Shown here one piece after another: positions 38,560 through 48,968 of a stretch of DNA of 64,000 bases. Location: positions 3,361 to 67,360 of IMG/VR virus record IMGVR_UViG_3300033067_000449. One strand, given 5' to 3'. The first letter of the stretch is position 1, and every line of letters begins with the position of its first letter. The notes under the pieces are model-generated. The model made no database searches. It was not told the origin of the DNA and was given only the letters and a program-made list of their open reading frames with translations. The translations under genes were made by a program, and so were the position numbers. The stretch comes from a virus (taxonomy: Duplodnaviria; Caudoviricetes).

Positions 38560-39634
38560 GTACGACTTAGATGCATATTTGAAATCTTACATTGCTGCCA
38601 CAAGAAAGGCGGTATGTGAGTATTCACAGAAACAGATTGACGATGCTGTTTATGATGTTCCATGTCATTCTTACGAAGAACATATCAAAAAATGTTTGTT
38701 CCTAAAGTTTTGTCTTGAGAACATCGAATGTTACTCTGATGAAGAACAGGACACTATCATCTCTTTGTCAAATCAATACGCAAAAAACTGTGGCAATTGT
38801 ACTGTAAGTGCAGCTGAATTAGCCGCGTTCAAAGAGACAGACTTAGGAAAAGAGTTGTCTGAAACCTTCTTAGATCCTGATGTTAAGAAATATAAAAACA
38901 AGAGTGGGGTCTCAGATGGCGTAATTATCCCATTTGTAAACACTTATGTAACAGAACTGAAAGCCGCAGGAATATGGAACAAGTTCTACGCAATATATCC
39001 TTTCTTGGGAGGTACATCATCAACTACATCATTCAACCTAAAAGATGCAGACTACTACCAAATCAGCTGGGCAGGTGGGATGACTTACGGTGTACAAGGT
39101 GTAGACTTCGATGGAACAACAGGATTCGGAGATACCAATTTTGATTTCAGTGCACTTGCCTCAACAATTGAGGACATTCACTTCTCATTCTATACTCCCG
39201 ATGCAAACGGTGGTCTTGCTAACGTACCTATGGGTGTAGGTAGCACCGCTGCCGATGATAGGATTCGTATGGCATTTGATGCTGGTACTGATAACTACTA
39301 TGCAGATATGTGGAGTAATGGAGCAATTGCAGGTCGTGTTTTGGTTTCGGGTTTGGGTGCACCAGCAGGTCACTACTTAGCAACTCGTTATAGTGCATCG
39401 GCAGCCTTTGTTTATTTGGATGGTGTTCAGAAAGCACTCAGTTCTACAACTGTAGATGTTAGTGATGTGCCTACTGATACATTCTACATTGGTGCTACTA
39501 ACTTAGCAGGAAGTGCATCTGGATTTACAAGCAAGACATTTGGTTTGGCTACGATAGGAAAACATCTGACGGCCTCAGATATCACTTCTTTCCAAACAAT
39601 TACAGATAAATTTTTAACCTCATTAGGACGATAA
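38549..39634 (+). CDS. putative structural protein with a Cys-rich N-terminus and a lectin/LamG-like beta C-terminal domain
   Basis: 'WNKFYAIYPFLGG...SFNLKD...GVDFDGTTGFGDT' pattern; GTG start overlapping the upstream stop. Confidence 0.55.
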   Translation: MAVKYDLDAYLKSYIAATRKAVCEYSQKQIDDAVYDVPCHSYEEHIKKCLFLKFCLENIECYSDEEQDTIISLSNQYAKNCGNCTVSAAELAAFKETDLGKELSETFLDPDVKKYKNKSGVSDGVIIPFVNTYVTELKAAGIWNKFYAIYPFLGGTSSTTSFNLKDADYYQISWAGGMTYGVQGVDFDGTTGFGDTNFDFSALASTIEDIHFSFYTPDANGGLANVPMGVGSTAADDRIRMAFDAGTDNYYADMWSNGAIAGRVLVSGLGAPAGHYLATRYSASAAFVYLDGVQKALSSTTVDVSDVPTDTFYIGATNLAGSASGFTSKTFGLATIGKHLTASDITSFQTITDKFLTSLGR

Positions 39635-39635
39635 T

Positions 39636-40220
39636 ATGTTTACCAGAGAACAAATTGAAGCGGCTGTAAAAGCCAAAGGGTACAAGTACTTTGAAAATGG
39701 CGATTACAATATGAACGTAATCGGAATCCGTAATAGCGCTCCAGGCAAGAAAGTAACCAACGTATTTGACGATTGGATTTCTATTTCATTCAAGGAGAAC
39801 GGAGAGTGGAAATTCTTTATTTGGAGTGCAACAACCGATCCTGGAAAAGCACCAATGGCTGAGGGAAACAATGGTACGGGTACTGCTCGCATCGTTCCTG
39901 GTCAATACCCTGGTTCTCACTGCGTTGGATTGCATCAAGGTAAGTATGAAGCATTGAAGCAGAAAGCCAATGTGAAGGTTTATCGTGATGCCAACAAAGA
40001 TATGGCTTATGATGAGAGTAAAATCACCGAGGGTGTTTACGGAATCAATATTCATAAGGCAGGTCAAGATTCAACATGGATTGACCACTGGTCACATGGA
40101 TGTACTGTGTTCAAGCGAGTGAAGGATTTTGATGTGTTTATGCAGCATTGCAAGAAAGCCGCCAAATTGCAAGGTAACTCTTTTACATATACCGTTATCG
40201 AAAGTAAGGATATCGCTTAA
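39636..40220 (+). CDS. putative endolysin, L,D-transpeptidase (YkuD)-like His/Cys enzyme
   Basis: 'GINIHKAG...WSHGCTVF' HxxG...SxGC catalytic motif. Confidence 0.7.
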   Translation: MFTREQIEAAVKAKGYKYFENGDYNMNVIGIRNSAPGKKVTNVFDDWISISFKENGEWKFFIWSATTDPGKAPMAEGNNGTGTARIVPGQYPGSHCVGLHQGKYEALKQKANVKVYRDANKDMAYDESKITEGVYGINIHKAGQDSTWIDHWSHGCTVFKRVKDFDVFMQHCKKAAKLQGNSFTYTVIESKDIA

Positions 40221-40234
40221 TATTTGGGTCTCAG

Positions 40235-43200
40235 ATGGCAGCACTAGACGTTATAGCATCCGAACTATTAAAGTCTGCTAGAGAGGCCGACTTAAAGTAT
40301 AAAAAGACTCGTGATCAAGCGGAGAGGGATAAGGCTATTCGTCTGCGTAAGATCGTTGAGAATCTCAAATTAATTATAGCCGATGGCCTCACTCCTACTT
40401 TGGATGAGGTACTAGCAGTAGGAAATACCTCCACCAATACATTGAATGTAGGAGGCATAACAACTGATTACGTTCAATTAGATACCGCAGCAACACCTAC
40501 CCTACAACCGGGTATGTTTGCGTGGAACGACCAAGAAGGTACTGCCGATTTAAGATTAAAGGGCGGTAACGTTACACTTCAAGTAGGTCAAGAAACATTG
40601 GCACGTGTTGTAAACAAGACGGGTGCTGATTTGCTTGAGTCCCAATACAAAGTAGTTAGGGTTCGTATTGCCTCAGAGGGGGGGTCTCAGGGCCAAAGAT
40701 TAGCAGTAGTTTTAGCACAAGGTAATAACGATCCTGATTCGGTAACTACACTAGGATTAGTAACAGAGAATATTGCGAATAACCAAGAGGGATTCATCAC
40801 CATCTTTGGTAACGTAAATGGAATCAATACAACAGGCTCTTTACAAGGAGAAACTTGGGTAGATGGAGATGTTCTCTTTCTGAGCCCCACAACTCCAGGT
40901 GCTCTAACCAAAGTAAAACCCGTTGCTCCCAATCACACCGTAGTGGTTGGTTACGTGCTTTATGCTCACGGGGTAAACGGTAAGATATTCGTCAAGGTTG
41001 ACAATGGTTATGAGTTAGACGAATTACACAACGTCAAGATAACTAGCGTTGCAAATAACGATTTAATTCAGTACGATTCCACCCAGCAGGTTTGGAAGAA
41101 CGTACCTGTAGCCACTGCTGTACCTACTCCTACCCTAGCGGCTGTAACCACAGCAGGCAATACAACTACAAATGCTATTACTGTTGGTGGGCTTACGGTT
41201 GCTACTAACTTGATCTACACAGATACGGTTAATAGTAGGGTTGGTATTGGTACCAATTCGCCTGCAGTAACACTACATGTTCAAAACGGAGGTTCTACTC
41301 CAAAAGCATTATTTCAGCACGGAACTCTTGCCCATCTGGGTGTAATAATTGGATCTACGGGTGGTGGTTTTACAGTAGAAGATAATAACTTTTTTGCAAT
41401 CTGGCATCAAGATTATGCTAATAGATCTAACGAAACAGGATTAACAGAAAGAATGCGTATTACCACGGGAGGTAATATTCTCATTGGCACAACAACTGAC
41501 GCAGGTTACAAACTAGATGTCAATGGTACATTTAAAACAACTTCTTTTTGGACTACTAGTTCAGGCAGAGCACAATGGGGTAACTCTCTAACTGCTTATG
41601 GTACACTTACTTGGGACACAGGCTACGCAAGAATACACGCAACTTCTGGAAATAGACTTGATTTAGGGGCTTCTGAGGGATTACACATGACCATTAGTAC
41701 TGCAGGTAATATAGGTATTGGTACCACATCTCCTAACTATAAAGTAGACGTACAAGGAACAACCCTTGCTACAAGTACTATATCTGCACAAGGAGCTTTT
41801 AACATTGCACGAGTTGCTGCTCCTACGGGAACTTTAACTTTAACTCCAAGTACTGGTGGAAGTATTGATGTTGGACAACATTACTACTTTGTTAGTTTTG
41901 TTACTGCATTGGGAGAAACAACTGTAGCACTTGTTACAGGAATTATTATAGTTTCTGGGACTCAAACAGTTACAATTACAGGAATTCCCACATCTACAGA
42001 TGCTCGTGTAACAGGAAGAAGAATTTACAGGACAAGGGCAGGACAAACCTCAGATAGAGGTGCGTTACTTACCACAATAAATGATAATACGACAACTTCT
42101 TATGTAGATACAGTCGCTGACAGTACCCTAGCAAATACAGGAGACTGGGCTGCTTACAGGGAGAATACAACATCCAGACAGATTACCATTGATGGGACAA
42201 GAGCAATGCTTTTGGGAACAGGTCTTACATCAATAGGTTTTGGAGCAGGAGCAAGCGTAACTACCGCAGGACTAACAACTTTAGTGGGTTACAACGCAGG
42301 TAATGCAATTACTTACGGGTTTCAAAATACTTTAGTTGGTACTCAAGCAGGTAGATTTGTTACTACTGGCGATGGTAATACTGTCTTGGGTGCCTACTCT
42401 TTAATGTGGACAAGTACAGGTGCCGATAATATTGCAATTGGGCGAGGTGCAATATTTTACAATGTTACAGGTTCTTACAACATTGCTGTTGGCGGTGGAG
42501 CATTAAGCGGACAATCTGGGGCTTCCCATAGTAGTAATATTGCGATAGGAAATGCTGCACTTGCTAGTTTAGGTGCAGCAAATAATAACGTTGCTTTAGG
42601 ATATTACGCAGGCCGTTATATATCCAGTGGGTCAGTAAATACATTAAGTTCTAATTCAATATTTATCGGCTATGATGCAAGACCCAATGCGGATAGTGAA
42701 GCTAACCAAATTGTTATTGGCTACAATGCAAGAGGACTTGGCTCAAACACCACAGTAATCGGAAACTCTTCCACAACCTTCACATCTATACCTGCTGGTA
42801 ACTTAGCAGTAGGTACAACTACAAACTCAGGATATAAATTAGAGGTCAACGGTGGACCAATCAACATAGTTAGTGGCTATTCTGAGCCTACCGCAGAAGC
42901 TGGATATAGATTAAAATTTGCAGATAACGGAGGAATAAATAATGATTCTGGTATAGGACTTAGTGGGGCTCTTGGAAATGAAAGTTTGTGGATTAACAAA
43001 GGTTCAGCCAATGGTAGTATAAGATTTATGTTCGGAACCCTAGGAGAAAAAGTTACTTTTACTTCCGCAGGGAATGTCGGTATAGGTACAACTAGTCCTC
43101 TATATCCACTAGATGTTAATGGAATTACAAAACTACGGACTGCTACTTACTTTGGACAAATCAGCCAACCATCGGCCCCTACACTTGGTACAAACTCAAC

Positions 43201-45169
43201 CACAGGAGGTACACTACCAGCAAATACTTATACATATAGAATTACTGCTTTAGATTTTTGGAACGTTGAGACTACTCCATCAAACACTCTTGTTGTAACT
43301 ACTACGGGTTCGACTAGTAGCGTAAGTATGTCTTGGCCTTTGGTACAAGGTGCTTACAGTTATCGTATTTATAGGACTAACTCTGGGGGAACTACTGTTT
43401 ACTATGTTACCTTTGGGACTAATAGTACTTCATTTACAGATACAGGTGCTGCAACTAATGCAGGAACTTTGCCTTCTGTAAATAATACGGCCTACGGACT
43501 GCTTAATACTAATGGGCAACTTCGTACAGGTAATATTACAGTTGCTAACAACGGTGTAGGAAATTACTCTTCAATTATTTTTGATAAGAGTACTGATAGT
43601 CCTCAAATTAACGTAGTAGAGTATGCAAACGACTCTACGATGTTTGAGTTTGCCCTTGCAGACAACCCAGATGGTCCCGATGTATTCCACTTTGTAATGC
43701 CTGACTGGCAAAATCCTTCTTCAGGATGGAAGCCATTTAAGTTTGCTGCATTTACTACTCAAATTGTAGGACAAAATACAAACTTCTGGAGTTCATTCTC
43801 ACTTCCTTCTAGTACTCCTTACTACACAACAAATCCTGAATCCCTAGCAAACTCACAAATTAAGTGGGACCCTTACACAAGTACTTCATACAACTTAATA
43901 AAAGACAACGGTACAGGTACTGGAGTATTTAACGTAGACGTTACAGGATTTACAGGGGCTAACAATACTATCTATTGGGTTACTATTCAAGCAGGTGCTA
44001 CTACCTTTAACTGGGGTAATGGAGCATCTGGTAGTACACCTGTGGGAACAGGTGTTGCTATTACGGGTGGATGGCAAACTTTAAGTAATGGAGTTCAAGT
44101 CAAAATTACAGGTGCAGTCTTAGCAAATGACCGTTGGGCATTCAGAGCATTCCCTGTACCTAGAATGGGTATTGGTACGACTACTCCTATTGCTCCTTTG
44201 CAAGTAAGTACAACTGTTAGACCCACCTCTGCTGTTGCTAGAGGAGTTTACTTTAATCCTACGTTAGTCGCTACTGCAAATAATGACGTATTAGTTGGTT
44301 TGGATGTCGCCCCAACTTTTACTGCTGGTGCATTTACAGGGGTTTTAAATCTTGCAGCACGGTTCTCAGGAAGAGTACATTTGTCATATAGTTCACTAAC
44401 CTTTTCAGGTTCAGCAGGTAATAGTGCTGATTTACAACTAACTACAAATGGATTTGTAGCATGGAATCAAAATTTTAACATTTCTGGTTCAAGTGCTACT
44501 AATTATCTTACATTATTTAATACTACTGGAAATCTACTTCTTCAAAACGGAGGAACTTTCACCGATGCAGGGTACCGCTTAGACGTAAACGGAACAGCAA
44601 GAGTTCAAAGTAATTTTACAGTAGACACAGACACCTTGTATGTAGATGCGTCCAACAACAGAGTAGGTATCGGCACTACTTCACCTACTGATAAGTTGCA
44701 CATCATTGACTCAAACAACGCCAATATCTTCGGAAGAATTACTGCCACTGGTACAAATGCTTCTGCTGCTTGGGTTGCTATGAACAACCAAAATGACAAC
44801 GTGGTTTATCGTGTATTTGGAGATGGAGTTTCGGGGTCTCAGATGGGAATCTCCCTTGTAAGAAGTGCATCTTTGATGGCTAACTTAGGGGGAAGCGGTA
44901 AGTTCTTAGTGGGTACTTTCTCATCTACTGATTTTGTACTAGGTACAGGAAACACAGAGAGAGCCAGATTCGTAGACTCAACAGGTAACTTCTTGATTGG
45001 CACAACTTCAGACAACGGCAACAGATTACAAGTAAGCGGAACTATTGATGGTCAAGCATTCGCTGTAAATGGTGTTAACGGATGGACAGGTACTATTGTG
45101 ATTATGACTAATCCTCCAGGTCAGCAGAACATTCAAGTGGATAGTGGTATTATCACAAATGTTTTTTAA
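40235..45169 (+). CDS. long tail fibre protein (1644 aa), mosaic
   Basis: Repeated 'xxGIGTTxP' fibre units, two FN3-like inserts ('YYFVSFVTALGET...RIYRT'; 'YRITALDFWNVET...RIYRT'), YadA-like 'NxAIGxxA' repeats. Confidence 0.85.
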   Translation: MAALDVIASELLKSAREADLKYKKTRDQAERDKAIRLRKIVENLKLIIADGLTPTLDEVLAVGNTSTNTLNVGGITTDYVQLDTAATPTLQPGMFAWNDQEGTADLRLKGGNVTLQVGQETLARVVNKTGADLLESQYKVVRVRIASEGGSQGQRLAVVLAQGNNDPDSVTTLGLVTENIANNQEGFITIFGNVNGINTTGSLQGETWVDGDVLFLSPTTPGALTKVKPVAPNHTVVVGYVLYAHGVNGKIFVKVDNGYELDELHNVKITSVANNDLIQYDSTQQVWKNVPVATAVPTPTLAAVTTAGNTTTNAITVGGLTVATNLIYTDTVNSRVGIGTNSPAVTLHVQNGGSTPKALFQHGTLAHLGVIIGSTGGGFTVEDNNFFAIWHQDYANRSNETGLTERMRITTGGNILIGTTTDAGYKLDVNGTFKTTSFWTTSSGRAQWGNSLTAYGTLTWDTGYARIHATSGNRLDLGASEGLHMTISTAGNIGIGTTSPNYKVDVQGTTLATSTISAQGAFNIARVAAPTGTLTLTPSTGGSIDVGQHYYFVSFVTALGETTVALVTGIIIVSGTQTVTITGIPTSTDARVTGRRIYRTRAGQTSDRGALLTTINDNTTTSYVDTVADSTLANTGDWAAYRENTTSRQITIDGTRAMLLGTGLTSIGFGAGASVTTAGLTTLVGYNAGNAITYGFQNTLVGTQAGRFVTTGDGNTVLGAYSLMWTSTGADNIAIGRGAIFYNVTGSYNIAVGGGALSGQSGASHSSNIAIGNAALASLGAANNNVALGYYAGRYISSGSVNTLSSNSIFIGYDARPNADSEANQIVIGYNARGLGSNTTVIGNSSTTFTSIPAGNLAVGTTTNSGYKLEVNGGPINIVSGYSEPTAEAGYRLKFADNGGINNDSGIGLSGALGNESLWINKGSANGSIRFMFGTLGEKVTFTSAGNVGIGTTSPLYPLDVNGITKLRTATYFGQISQPSAPTLGTNSTTGGTLPANTYTYRITALDFWNVETTPSNTLVVTTTGSTSSVSMSWPLVQGAYSYRIYRTNSGGTTVYYVTFGTNSTSFTDTGAATNAGTLPSVNNTAYGLLNTNGQLRTGNITVANNGVGNYSSIIFDKSTDSPQINVVEYANDSTMFEFALADNPDGPDVFHFVMPDWQNPSSGWKPFKFAAFTTQIVGQNTNFWSSFSLPSSTPYYTTNPESLANSQIKWDPYTSTSYNLIKDNGTGTGVFNVDVTGFTGANNTIYWVTIQAGATTFNWGNGASGSTPVGTGVAITGGWQTLSNGVQVKITGAVLANDRWAFRAFPVPRMGIGTTTPIAPLQVSTTVRPTSAVARGVYFNPTLVATANNDVLVGLDVAPTFTAGAFTGVLNLAARFSGRVHLSYSSLTFSGSAGNSADLQLTTNGFVAWNQNFNISGSSATNYLTLFNTTGNLLLQNGGTFTDAGYRLDVNGTARVQSNFTVDTDTLYVDASNNRVGIGTTSPTDKLHIIDSNNANIFGRITATGTNASAAWVAMNNQNDNVVYRVFGDGVSGSQMGISLVRSASLMANLGGSGKFLVGTFSSTDFVLGTGNTERARFVDSTGNFLIGTTSDNGNRLQVSGTIDGQAFAVNGVNGWTGTIVIMTNPPGQQNIQVDSGIITNVF

Positions 45170-45174
45170 CTTTG
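45167..45174 (+). promoter_or_regulatory. promoter -7 element TAACTTTG, 4 nt before the ATG
   Basis: Consensus match; overlaps the tail fibre stop codon. Confidence 0.55.
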
Positions 45175-45178
45175 TAAT

Positions 45179-45451
45179 ATGATCAAAATAGAAGATGTAA
45201 TAGTACCGACTAAGGGAACAGCAAAATATTTCAACATCATTGCGTTGAACTTCCCGATGAATCCAACCTCAGTTAGTTTTTACTGGCAGATTTTGTCAGA
45301 GGTAGAAAACGAAGAGGGAGCTAAAACCCCAGGTGCCGCACTTATGGATGGCAACTTAACTATGGACCAAGCCACCTACGATAATTGGGGCTCAGACGAT
45401 TCATATGTTACTACTTGGGCCTGCAACGAATTGAACTTTACAATTATATGA
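45179..45451 (+). CDS. tail-fibre-associated small protein (chaperone-like)
   Basis: Directly after the fibre gene; acidic, 'GNLTM..ATY..W..DD.YV' pattern. Confidence 0.55.
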   Translation: MIKIEDVIVPTKGTAKYFNIIALNFPMNPTSVSFYWQILSEVENEEGAKTPGAALMDGNLTMDQATYDNWGSDDSYVTTWACNELNFTII

Positions 45452-45705
45452 TAAACTTTAACAAAAATTTACTCGGTCTGGATGGAACGGAAATCGCAGA
45501 CACAAACATCGGCAAGATTGTCGGTCAAACACTAGTTCAATCAGGAAAGGGAGATGCTCTCAAGTTCTGGCATTGGGCAAGTAAAATGTACAACGGAGAA
45601 GAGTTGGACTTAGATCCTACTGATACTGAAGTACTTAAAAACTTCATTAAGGAGAACGAGACCATGACCATTTTGGTTAAGGCTCAGGCTCTTGAATGTT
45701 TCTAA
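45448..45705 (+). CDS. tail-fibre-associated small protein (85 aa; start moved to ATG 45448)
   Basis: MINFNKNLLGLDG...; ATGA overlap with the upstream stop. Confidence 0.6.
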   Translation: MINFNKNLLGLDGTEIADTNIGKIVGQTLVQSGKGDALKFWHWASKMYNGEELDLDPTDTEVLKNFIKENETMTILVKAQALECF

Positions 45706-45724
45706 ACACGACCCCCGTATCCAA

Positions 45725-45773
45725 GAGAGGCAGCCCAAAAGGTTGCCTTTTTTGTTTTTATTCGCTATCTTTG
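45725..45773 (+). terminator. terminator-promoter cassette, copy 1
   Basis: AGGCAGCC-CAAAA-GGTTGCCT then a T-tract; TTG in the stem arm lies 20 nt before TATCTTTG. Confidence 0.8.
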
Positions 45774-45777
45774 ATGT

Positions 45778-48654
45778 ATGGCTAATTTAGATACCAGAGA
45801 AAACGCCCCCCTTTTAGAGAGTAATCCCCTACCTACGGGAGGAAAACGATTGAGGGTTGGCATAGAAGGACAGAGTGTTGCGGTAAGTGCAGCGACTTTG
45901 TCCACAGCAACCATGCGCCAGACCCTCGGTGGCGATTTACAATTTGGTCTTCCGATTCGGGCCTCAGAAAACCTTACCGATCCAGTAGATCGTTTCCGTG
46001 TTTCTCAACCCCAGTCAATGATTGATACCGACTTTGAATATGGCACTCAGCCTACAAAGTGGGAAACCATCAATATGACTAACCGCAGACCATATGCAAC
46101 CTACAACGTACAAACTCCTTTGATTGTTACGGCAATCTCTAGTACGGCCAACTCACGTGTCGTAAGTGTAACAACCGCAGTATCGGTTGCCGCTGGTACT
46201 CCTGTGTTTGTACAAGACGCAACTTGGGAAGGTGCTAATGGTTTGTTCACCGCAAACAGCACAGGTACTACCTTTACCTACACCGCACAATACGCTGCTC
46301 CAACCACAGGTTCTATCTTGAACGCAAACGTAACAACCGTTTATCAAGGTCAAATCTTTACCGGTGCTGCTATCGGAGGTGCTCCTACTTTTGCTTGGAC
46401 TGCTGGTTTGGCTGTTCCTGTAACCACAACAGTTCCTCACGGATTGTCAATCGGTAACGAAATCGTAGTAAGCGGTTCTTCTCAAGCAAACGCAAATGGC
46501 GCTTGGACTGTTGCTCGAATTGTTTCTGATACCCAATTCATATACTACACAACAACCGCAGTTGCTGCTAACCCTACGGGTGGTTTGATTTACAATCGTC
46601 CTCAAGGTGCTGCATTGCACAGAGCATTTGACGGTGGTGTTAAATTCTCATCTAACGCACAATCTGCCAACGAGCAGTTGATTCGTCAAACTCGTAAATA
46701 CTTCCGTTACCAGTCTGGTAAAGGTATTCAGATGTCTACAGGTTCTATCTTGAAGCCATCTTTCAACCCCGACTTGATTACTTCTGTTGGAACCACCGTA
46801 ACCGTAAATACTAAAGAGGCACACAACCTTCAGTATGGGGCTCAGATTGTAGTATCTGGTTGTAACGAAACTGCATACAATGGTACATTTAACGTAACCG
46901 CTGTAATCAACCCAACTCAATTCCAATACGTTGCTCTTTCTACACCATCTGCTGCCTCGGCCTCAGGTCAATATCAAGTTTATGTAAATGCTTGGGTAGG
47001 CTCACACGTTCGTTTGGGTATGTTTGACGATCAGAACGGATTGTTCTTTGAATTTGACGGAACTAACTTGTACGCTGTTCGCAGAGCATCTACTTATCAA
47101 ATCTCTGGCTCTATTACCGTTGCAAACAACACTAACGTAGTAACAGGTACGGGTTCAGAATTCTCAACTCAGTTGCTACCTGGAGACATGGTTGTAATCA
47201 AAGGGCAATCTTACAAGGTAGAGCGAATTATCAGCGATACTCAATTTGTAATTAACCCTTCTTACAGAGGTCCATCTATTACTGCTCCTTCTTTTGCTTT
47301 TGTAACCAAAACTGTAGATACTAAAATTCCTCAGTCTGCTTGGAACATTGATAGAATGAATGGTGCTGGTGGTGCAACTAACCCATCTGGTTTTAACTTG
47401 GATTTGTCTAAGATGCAAATGTTCTACATCGACTATTCTTGGTATGGTGCAGGTGCAATTCGTTGGGGATTCCGTGGTACCAACGGCCAAGTGACTTACT
47501 GCCACAAATTAGCCAACAACAACGTAAACCTTGAGGCATACATGAGAACAGGTAACTTACCTACTCGTTATGAAACAAGTACTATTCCTGCATCAACTCG
47601 TATTACTTCTACAATCAATCCTGGAGATATTACAATTAACGTTTTAGATGCTACATATTTCCCAACCTCAGGTATTGCCAGAATCAGCAACGGTGCAACA
47701 ATTGAATATGTTAACTACACAGGAAAAACTGGAACAACTTTGACTGGTTTGACTCGTGCTAGAGGTGGTGAAACTGCTGGTATTGCCGTTACTATTGCCG
47801 CTGGTTCTGTTTCGGGTACAGTTATATCTTCTACCAACTTGCAAGTAGGTATGCGTGTAATTTCTACCGCTTTCCCCGATGGAACATATCTTGCATTTGT
47901 ATCAGGTACTTCGGTTATCTTTAGTAACGCTGCAATCACAGCCAACCCAACTGGTGTTATTTTCTCACCAATGGGAGCAACCACAGCGCAGACATTTACT
48001 TTCAACGCCAACGCCCCTATCTCGGTTGAGTTTGGTGGTCCTACTGCTGCTCCAATCATTTCACACTGGGGTTCTTCAGTAATTATGGATGGTCGTTTCG
48101 ATGAAGATAAGCAGTTCTTGTTTACTACAGGTTCTACTACTGCGTTGTCAGTTCCTACTGCTGGTAACAGGTTTGCTTTGATGTCAATTCGTCTTGCTCC
48201 TTCAGTAAGTTCTGGTTTGACTGGTGCCTTCGGTGTTCGTGAGATTATCAACCGAATGCAGTTGTCATTGCAATCAATTGGTATCTACGCTCAAGGTAAC
48301 TATCTTGTAACGTTGGTTCTTAACGGTCAGATTAGTGCTGCCGATACTTGGACAAACGTGGGAGGTTCTTCTCTTGCTCAAGTATGTTTTCACGGTGCAG
48401 GTCGTACTGTAGCAGGTGGTGAAACTGTCGGTGGTTTCTATGTAAACTCTGGCGGTACTACCTTCGGTACATCTACTTACGATTTGAGTAAAACTCGTGA
48501 CTTGGGTAACTCAATCTTGGGTGGAGGAACAACCACTGTGAATACTCAGTTCTACCCCGATGGTCCAGATATTCTTACCATTGTGGTACAGGCTTTGACC
48601 ACTGGTACTTCTAACGTATTTGGTCGTTTGTCTTGGACTGAAGCACAAGCATAA
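45778..48654 (+). CDS. large beta-rich structural / tail appendage protein (958 aa)
   Basis: 'DTDFEYGTQPTKWE' motif, repeated 'TTxxHGLxxG..I.VSG...NG.W/F.V' (FCCH-like) modules, Thr/Gly-rich. Confidence 0.7.
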   Translation: MANLDTRENAPLLESNPLPTGGKRLRVGIEGQSVAVSAATLSTATMRQTLGGDLQFGLPIRASENLTDPVDRFRVSQPQSMIDTDFEYGTQPTKWETINMTNRRPYATYNVQTPLIVTAISSTANSRVVSVTTAVSVAAGTPVFVQDATWEGANGLFTANSTGTTFTYTAQYAAPTTGSILNANVTTVYQGQIFTGAAIGGAPTFAWTAGLAVPVTTTVPHGLSIGNEIVVSGSSQANANGAWTVARIVSDTQFIYYTTTAVAANPTGGLIYNRPQGAALHRAFDGGVKFSSNAQSANEQLIRQTRKYFRYQSGKGIQMSTGSILKPSFNPDLITSVGTTVTVNTKEAHNLQYGAQIVVSGCNETAYNGTFNVTAVINPTQFQYVALSTPSAASASGQYQVYVNAWVGSHVRLGMFDDQNGLFFEFDGTNLYAVRRASTYQISGSITVANNTNVVTGTGSEFSTQLLPGDMVVIKGQSYKVERIISDTQFVINPSYRGPSITAPSFAFVTKTVDTKIPQSAWNIDRMNGAGGATNPSGFNLDLSKMQMFYIDYSWYGAGAIRWGFRGTNGQVTYCHKLANNNVNLEAYMRTGNLPTRYETSTIPASTRITSTINPGDITINVLDATYFPTSGIARISNGATIEYVNYTGKTGTTLTGLTRARGGETAGIAVTIAAGSVSGTVISSTNLQVGMRVISTAFPDGTYLAFVSGTSVIFSNAAITANPTGVIFSPMGATTAQTFTFNANAPISVEFGGPTAAPIISHWGSSVIMDGRFDEDKQFLFTTGSTTALSVPTAGNRFALMSIRLAPSVSSGLTGAFGVREIINRMQLSLQSIGIYAQGNYLVTLVLNGQISAADTWTNVGGSSLAQVCFHGAGRTVAGGETVGGFYVNSGGTTFGTSTYDLSKTRDLGNSILGGGTTTVNTQFYPDGPDILTIVVQALTTGTSNVFGRLSWTEAQA

Positions 48655-48675
48655 CAATAACAAATCATTACACAG

Positions 48676-48724
48676 GAGAGGCAGCCCAAAAGGTTGCCTT
48701 TTTTGTTTTTATTTATTATCTTTG
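48676..48724 (+). terminator. terminator-promoter cassette, copy 2 (38 bp identical to copy 1)
   Basis: GAGAGGCAGCCCAAAAGGTTGCCTTTTTTGTTTTTATT is identical at 45725-45762 and 48676-48713. Confidence 0.8.
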
Positions 48725-48731
48725 ATATAAT

Positions 48732-48968
48732 ATGAAATTCTTCGAGATATTCAAAGACGAGCATGGTAAATTTTCATCCAACCGCTTCGTAGGTATTTTG
48801 TGTGCCATTGCTTTGTGTGTTACTATGTATCACAACTCTTTTTCTGAAGAACACGTTGCACCTGCTTCTATTTTGGTAGAGTGTGTAACTGCTCTTGCAT
48901 TTGGTGCATTGGGTCTCGGAGCAGCCAATAAGATTTTCAAGAAAACCGATGCCTCTCAAGAAGGATAA
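48732..48968 (+). CDS. holin (putative, 2 TM)
   Basis: 'GKFSSNRFVGILCAIALCV' and a second TM 'ILVECVTALAFGALGLGAA'; charged C-terminus. Confidence 0.65.
   Translation: MKFFEIFKDEHGKFSSNRFVGILCAIALCVTMYHNSFSEEHVAPASILVECVTALAFGALGLGAANKIFKKTDASQEG

Noticed and set aside
280-38745. Hammerhead ribozyme cores (CTGATGA) at about 284, 472, 4753 (-) and 799, 32907, 38736 (+)
   Set aside because: All lie within coding sequence (Asp/Glu codons) and I saw no flanking stems with GAAA and a cleavage triplet.
40213-40226. Promoter directly upstream of the tail fibre gene
   Set aside because: The sequence is AATATTTG, which misses the conserved first T of TAnnTTTG, so it was not called.
13765-48764. Many minus-strand ORFs inside the structural arm (e.g. 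15122..15691, 17127..17744, 47715..48251)
   Set aside because: Shadow ORFs of long plus-strand genes with biased codons; unnatural Ser/Cys/Leu-rich composition.
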